From positions 1 to 38,022 of the IMG/VR virus record IMGVR_UViG_3300047275_000500: a stretch of 38,022 nt of DNA. The stretch is one strand, 5' to 3'. The notes beneath the pieces were generated by a model, which did no database searches, was not told the origin of the DNA, and saw nothing but the letters and a program-made list of their open reading frames with translations. Source of the DNA: a virus. Taxonomy: Duplodnaviria > Caudoviricetes. Each line of letters opens with the position of its first letter. Positions within the stretch are counted from its first letter, which is position 1. Below are positions 36,141 through 38,022 of this stretch, in pieces. A program made the translations under genes and the position numbers.

Positions 36141-38022
36141 GTGTGGCAAGACGACGAACTTAGGGCACACCTAGAAACATCTGCAACAGTTAGAAACCAA
36201 TCTGCAATTATTGCTGAATGGAATATGAATATACCTAATAATATTTTTAAAATTGGTAATTATAGATATCGACCTTCTTCAGATATTACAGAAAAATATT
36301 TTCAACTTCCTAATACATTTGATCCAAGTGATGCGGGTCTGTACTATACAGGGGCAACAGATTCTGATATTAAAATAGATGGTGGCATTGATCCAGAAAA
36401 TAACGAAGAGCCATGGTTTTTAAAGCCACAGAACAAAAAACAAGAAATGTTATATTCTCTTGAAGATTGTTTTAGAAAATTTAGACCAAGATCTGGTATA
36501 AATAAAGCGGTATATTTTCCAGGTAGAAAAATACATCACTCAAATACCAGTATGGCCAATAGACCAAGATATTATATGGGTAATAAAGATGATACTTTTA
36601 AATATTGGACATCCTTTAGAATGGATGAAGGTGTAATAAGGGGTGTTGCCAATATATTTAAGAATGGGCAATATTGGATTAATGACGCTGTTCCATTTGT
36701 TGTTTATGATCAAGAGGTTCCCGCAAACAGAATCATTGTTAAGATGCAGACAAATGTTGGCTCAATTGATCTAGGACCTTTTACAAATGCTGCTGGTTCA
36801 TTCTCTGACCCATTCTATGGTAATAGCAATAAAACTACGCCAGTTAAATGGAAGGTTCAGTCTTTAATAGGAACCGAATGGGTAGATATAATTAATTTTA
36901 ATAGTGGAACAACTAGAAAAGATGGTACTCCAGTAATTAGCCATGACGGGTATGTAGAGATTTCATATGGACTTATTGTTCCAGAAAAATATAGAGATAA
37001 TTTTATAAAAGCAGAAGAATATAATAGTGTTGACTGGTTGCCAGAGGAATCAGTTCATGGCTATGCATATTTAATTAAGTCATCAGAAAGTGCCCTAGGG
37101 GTATATCATATTTATTGGAATGGAATTTGGGAACAATTTACCCCTAAATATGGTTGGGCACTTGAAGAAGAAACTGTTGATAGACTTACCAACTTTGTTA
37201 CAGATTTTACAGAGCCAGTTAAATTTACATCTCAAACAGATGGACGAGATATATATCGTGAGTTTCAATTTATTAAAGGCCTTCGTATTGTTGTAGATAC
37301 AATGAATAAAGTTGATTCTACTTTTGATTTAATTGAAATTAGCCCAAGACTAGTTGCCGATATAACAGATAAGGTAGTTTCTTTCAATGTTTCCAAAACC
37401 GCATCAGATCTAGGCACAAGCGGATTACCAGTAGGACAGTTGTTGGCATCTACTGGAAACTTGCAAATTTTTGACTATGATAATTCATTTAATCCAAACA
37501 ATCCTAAGAGCATTATTAAAGACTATACCTCTCATAATATACAAATAAAGATTTATGATGTAACAGTTAATGTGGACGGGTATGATTATTTTGTTCCTAT
37601 TAAAACAATGTACTCAGAAAAGTTTCCATCCTTTTCGTATACTGACAGAACAGTTTCACTAACACTTAGAGATATGTTTTTTTATTTTGAGTCTGTGAAG
37701 GCTCCAGAAATGTTAGTAACTAATGTATCGCTAAGTTATGCAATTTGTCTATTACTTGATTCAGTTGGATTTTCTAATTATGTATTTAAAAGAGTAAGTG
37801 GTGAAAAAGAATTAACTATTCCATTTTTCTACATACCACCCGATAAGTCTGTAGCAGAAATATTAAACGACCTTGCTATTTCAACTCAAACAGCAATGTT
37901 CTTTGATGAATATAATAACTTTGTTATGATGAGTAAAAACTATATGCTGCCTCTAGAAGAGGATAGAGCCACAGATATTACACTTTATGGAACAGATGAT
38001 TTGGTCGATACTGGAATAATTG
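36141..38022 (+). CDS. Large tail-tip/minor tail protein (partial, runs off the window; not in the ORF track)
   Basis: GTG at 36141 after GAGG opens MWQDDELRAHLETSATVRNQSAIIAEWNMN. The frame is consistent with the window end (about 627 codons). Confidence 0.75.
   Translation, partial: MWQDDELRAHLETSATVRNQSAIIAEWNMNIPNNIFKIGNYRYRPSSDITEKYFQLPNTFDPSDAGLYYTGATDSDIKIDGGIDPENNEEPWFLKPQNKKQEMLYSLEDCFRKFRPRSGINKAVYFPGRKIHHSNTSMANRPRYYMGNKDDTFKYWTSFRMDEGVIRGVANIFKNGQYWINDAVPFVVYDQEVPANRIIVKMQTNVGSIDLGPFTNAAGSFSDPFYGNSNKTTPVKWKVQSLIGTEWVDIINFNSGTTRKDGTPVISHDGYVEISYGLIVPEKYRDNFIKAEEYNSVDWLPEESVHGYAYLIKSSESALGVYHIYWNGIWEQFTPKYGWALEEETVDRLTNFVTDFTEPVKFTSQTDGRDIYREFQFIKGLRIVVDTMNKVDSTFDLIEISPRLVADITDKVVSFNVSKTASDLGTSGLPVGQLLASTGNLQIFDYDNSFNPNNPKSIIKDYTSHNIQIKIYDVTVNVDGYDYFVPIKTMYSEKFPSFSYTDRTVSLTLRDMFFYFESVKAPEMLVTNVSLSYAICLLLDSVGFSNYVFKRVSGEKELTIPFFYIPPDKSVAEILNDLAISTQTAMFFDEYNNFVMMSKNYMLPLEEDRATDITLYGTDDLVDTGII

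Noticed and set aside
1-38022. tRNA, rRNA, integrase or transposase genes
   Set aside because: The intergenic gaps are too short and no such motifs were recognised.

Overview
This window is a fragment of a large, AT-rich tailed dsDNA phage genome with siphovirus-type morphogenesis genes. Every supported gene lies on the + strand. From left to right it carries: tail-fibre-like genes (1-2897); a fibronectin-III-like protein ending in a 110-residue Pro/Phe repeat and an 8-Cys tail (2929-3951); a dense enzyme cluster of six prolyl-4-hydroxylase-like 2OG-Fe(II) oxygenases, two DUF6065-like proteins and a short-chain dehydrogenase (4025-10961); a class II B12-dependent ribonucleotide reductase; a 1252-aa LamG-like protein; and a head-neck-tail module. 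That module contains portal, protease/scaffold, major capsid, connectors, tail tube, two paralogous chaperones, a 3020-aa tape measure and tail-tip genes running off the window. The most striking candidate new system is the (P)PFF-repeat protein sitting directly upstream of a hydroxylase battery, which suggests phage-encoded post-translational modification of an aromatic polyproline virion appendage or a RiPP-like precursor. Other signals are a DnaA-box cluster between portal and protease, a nested scaffold start, duplicated chaperone genes instead of a frameshift, and recurring TGnTAnnnT promoters, several apparently leaderless. All family calls come from motifs recognised by eye, with no database searches run. 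An actinobacterial host is only an inference.
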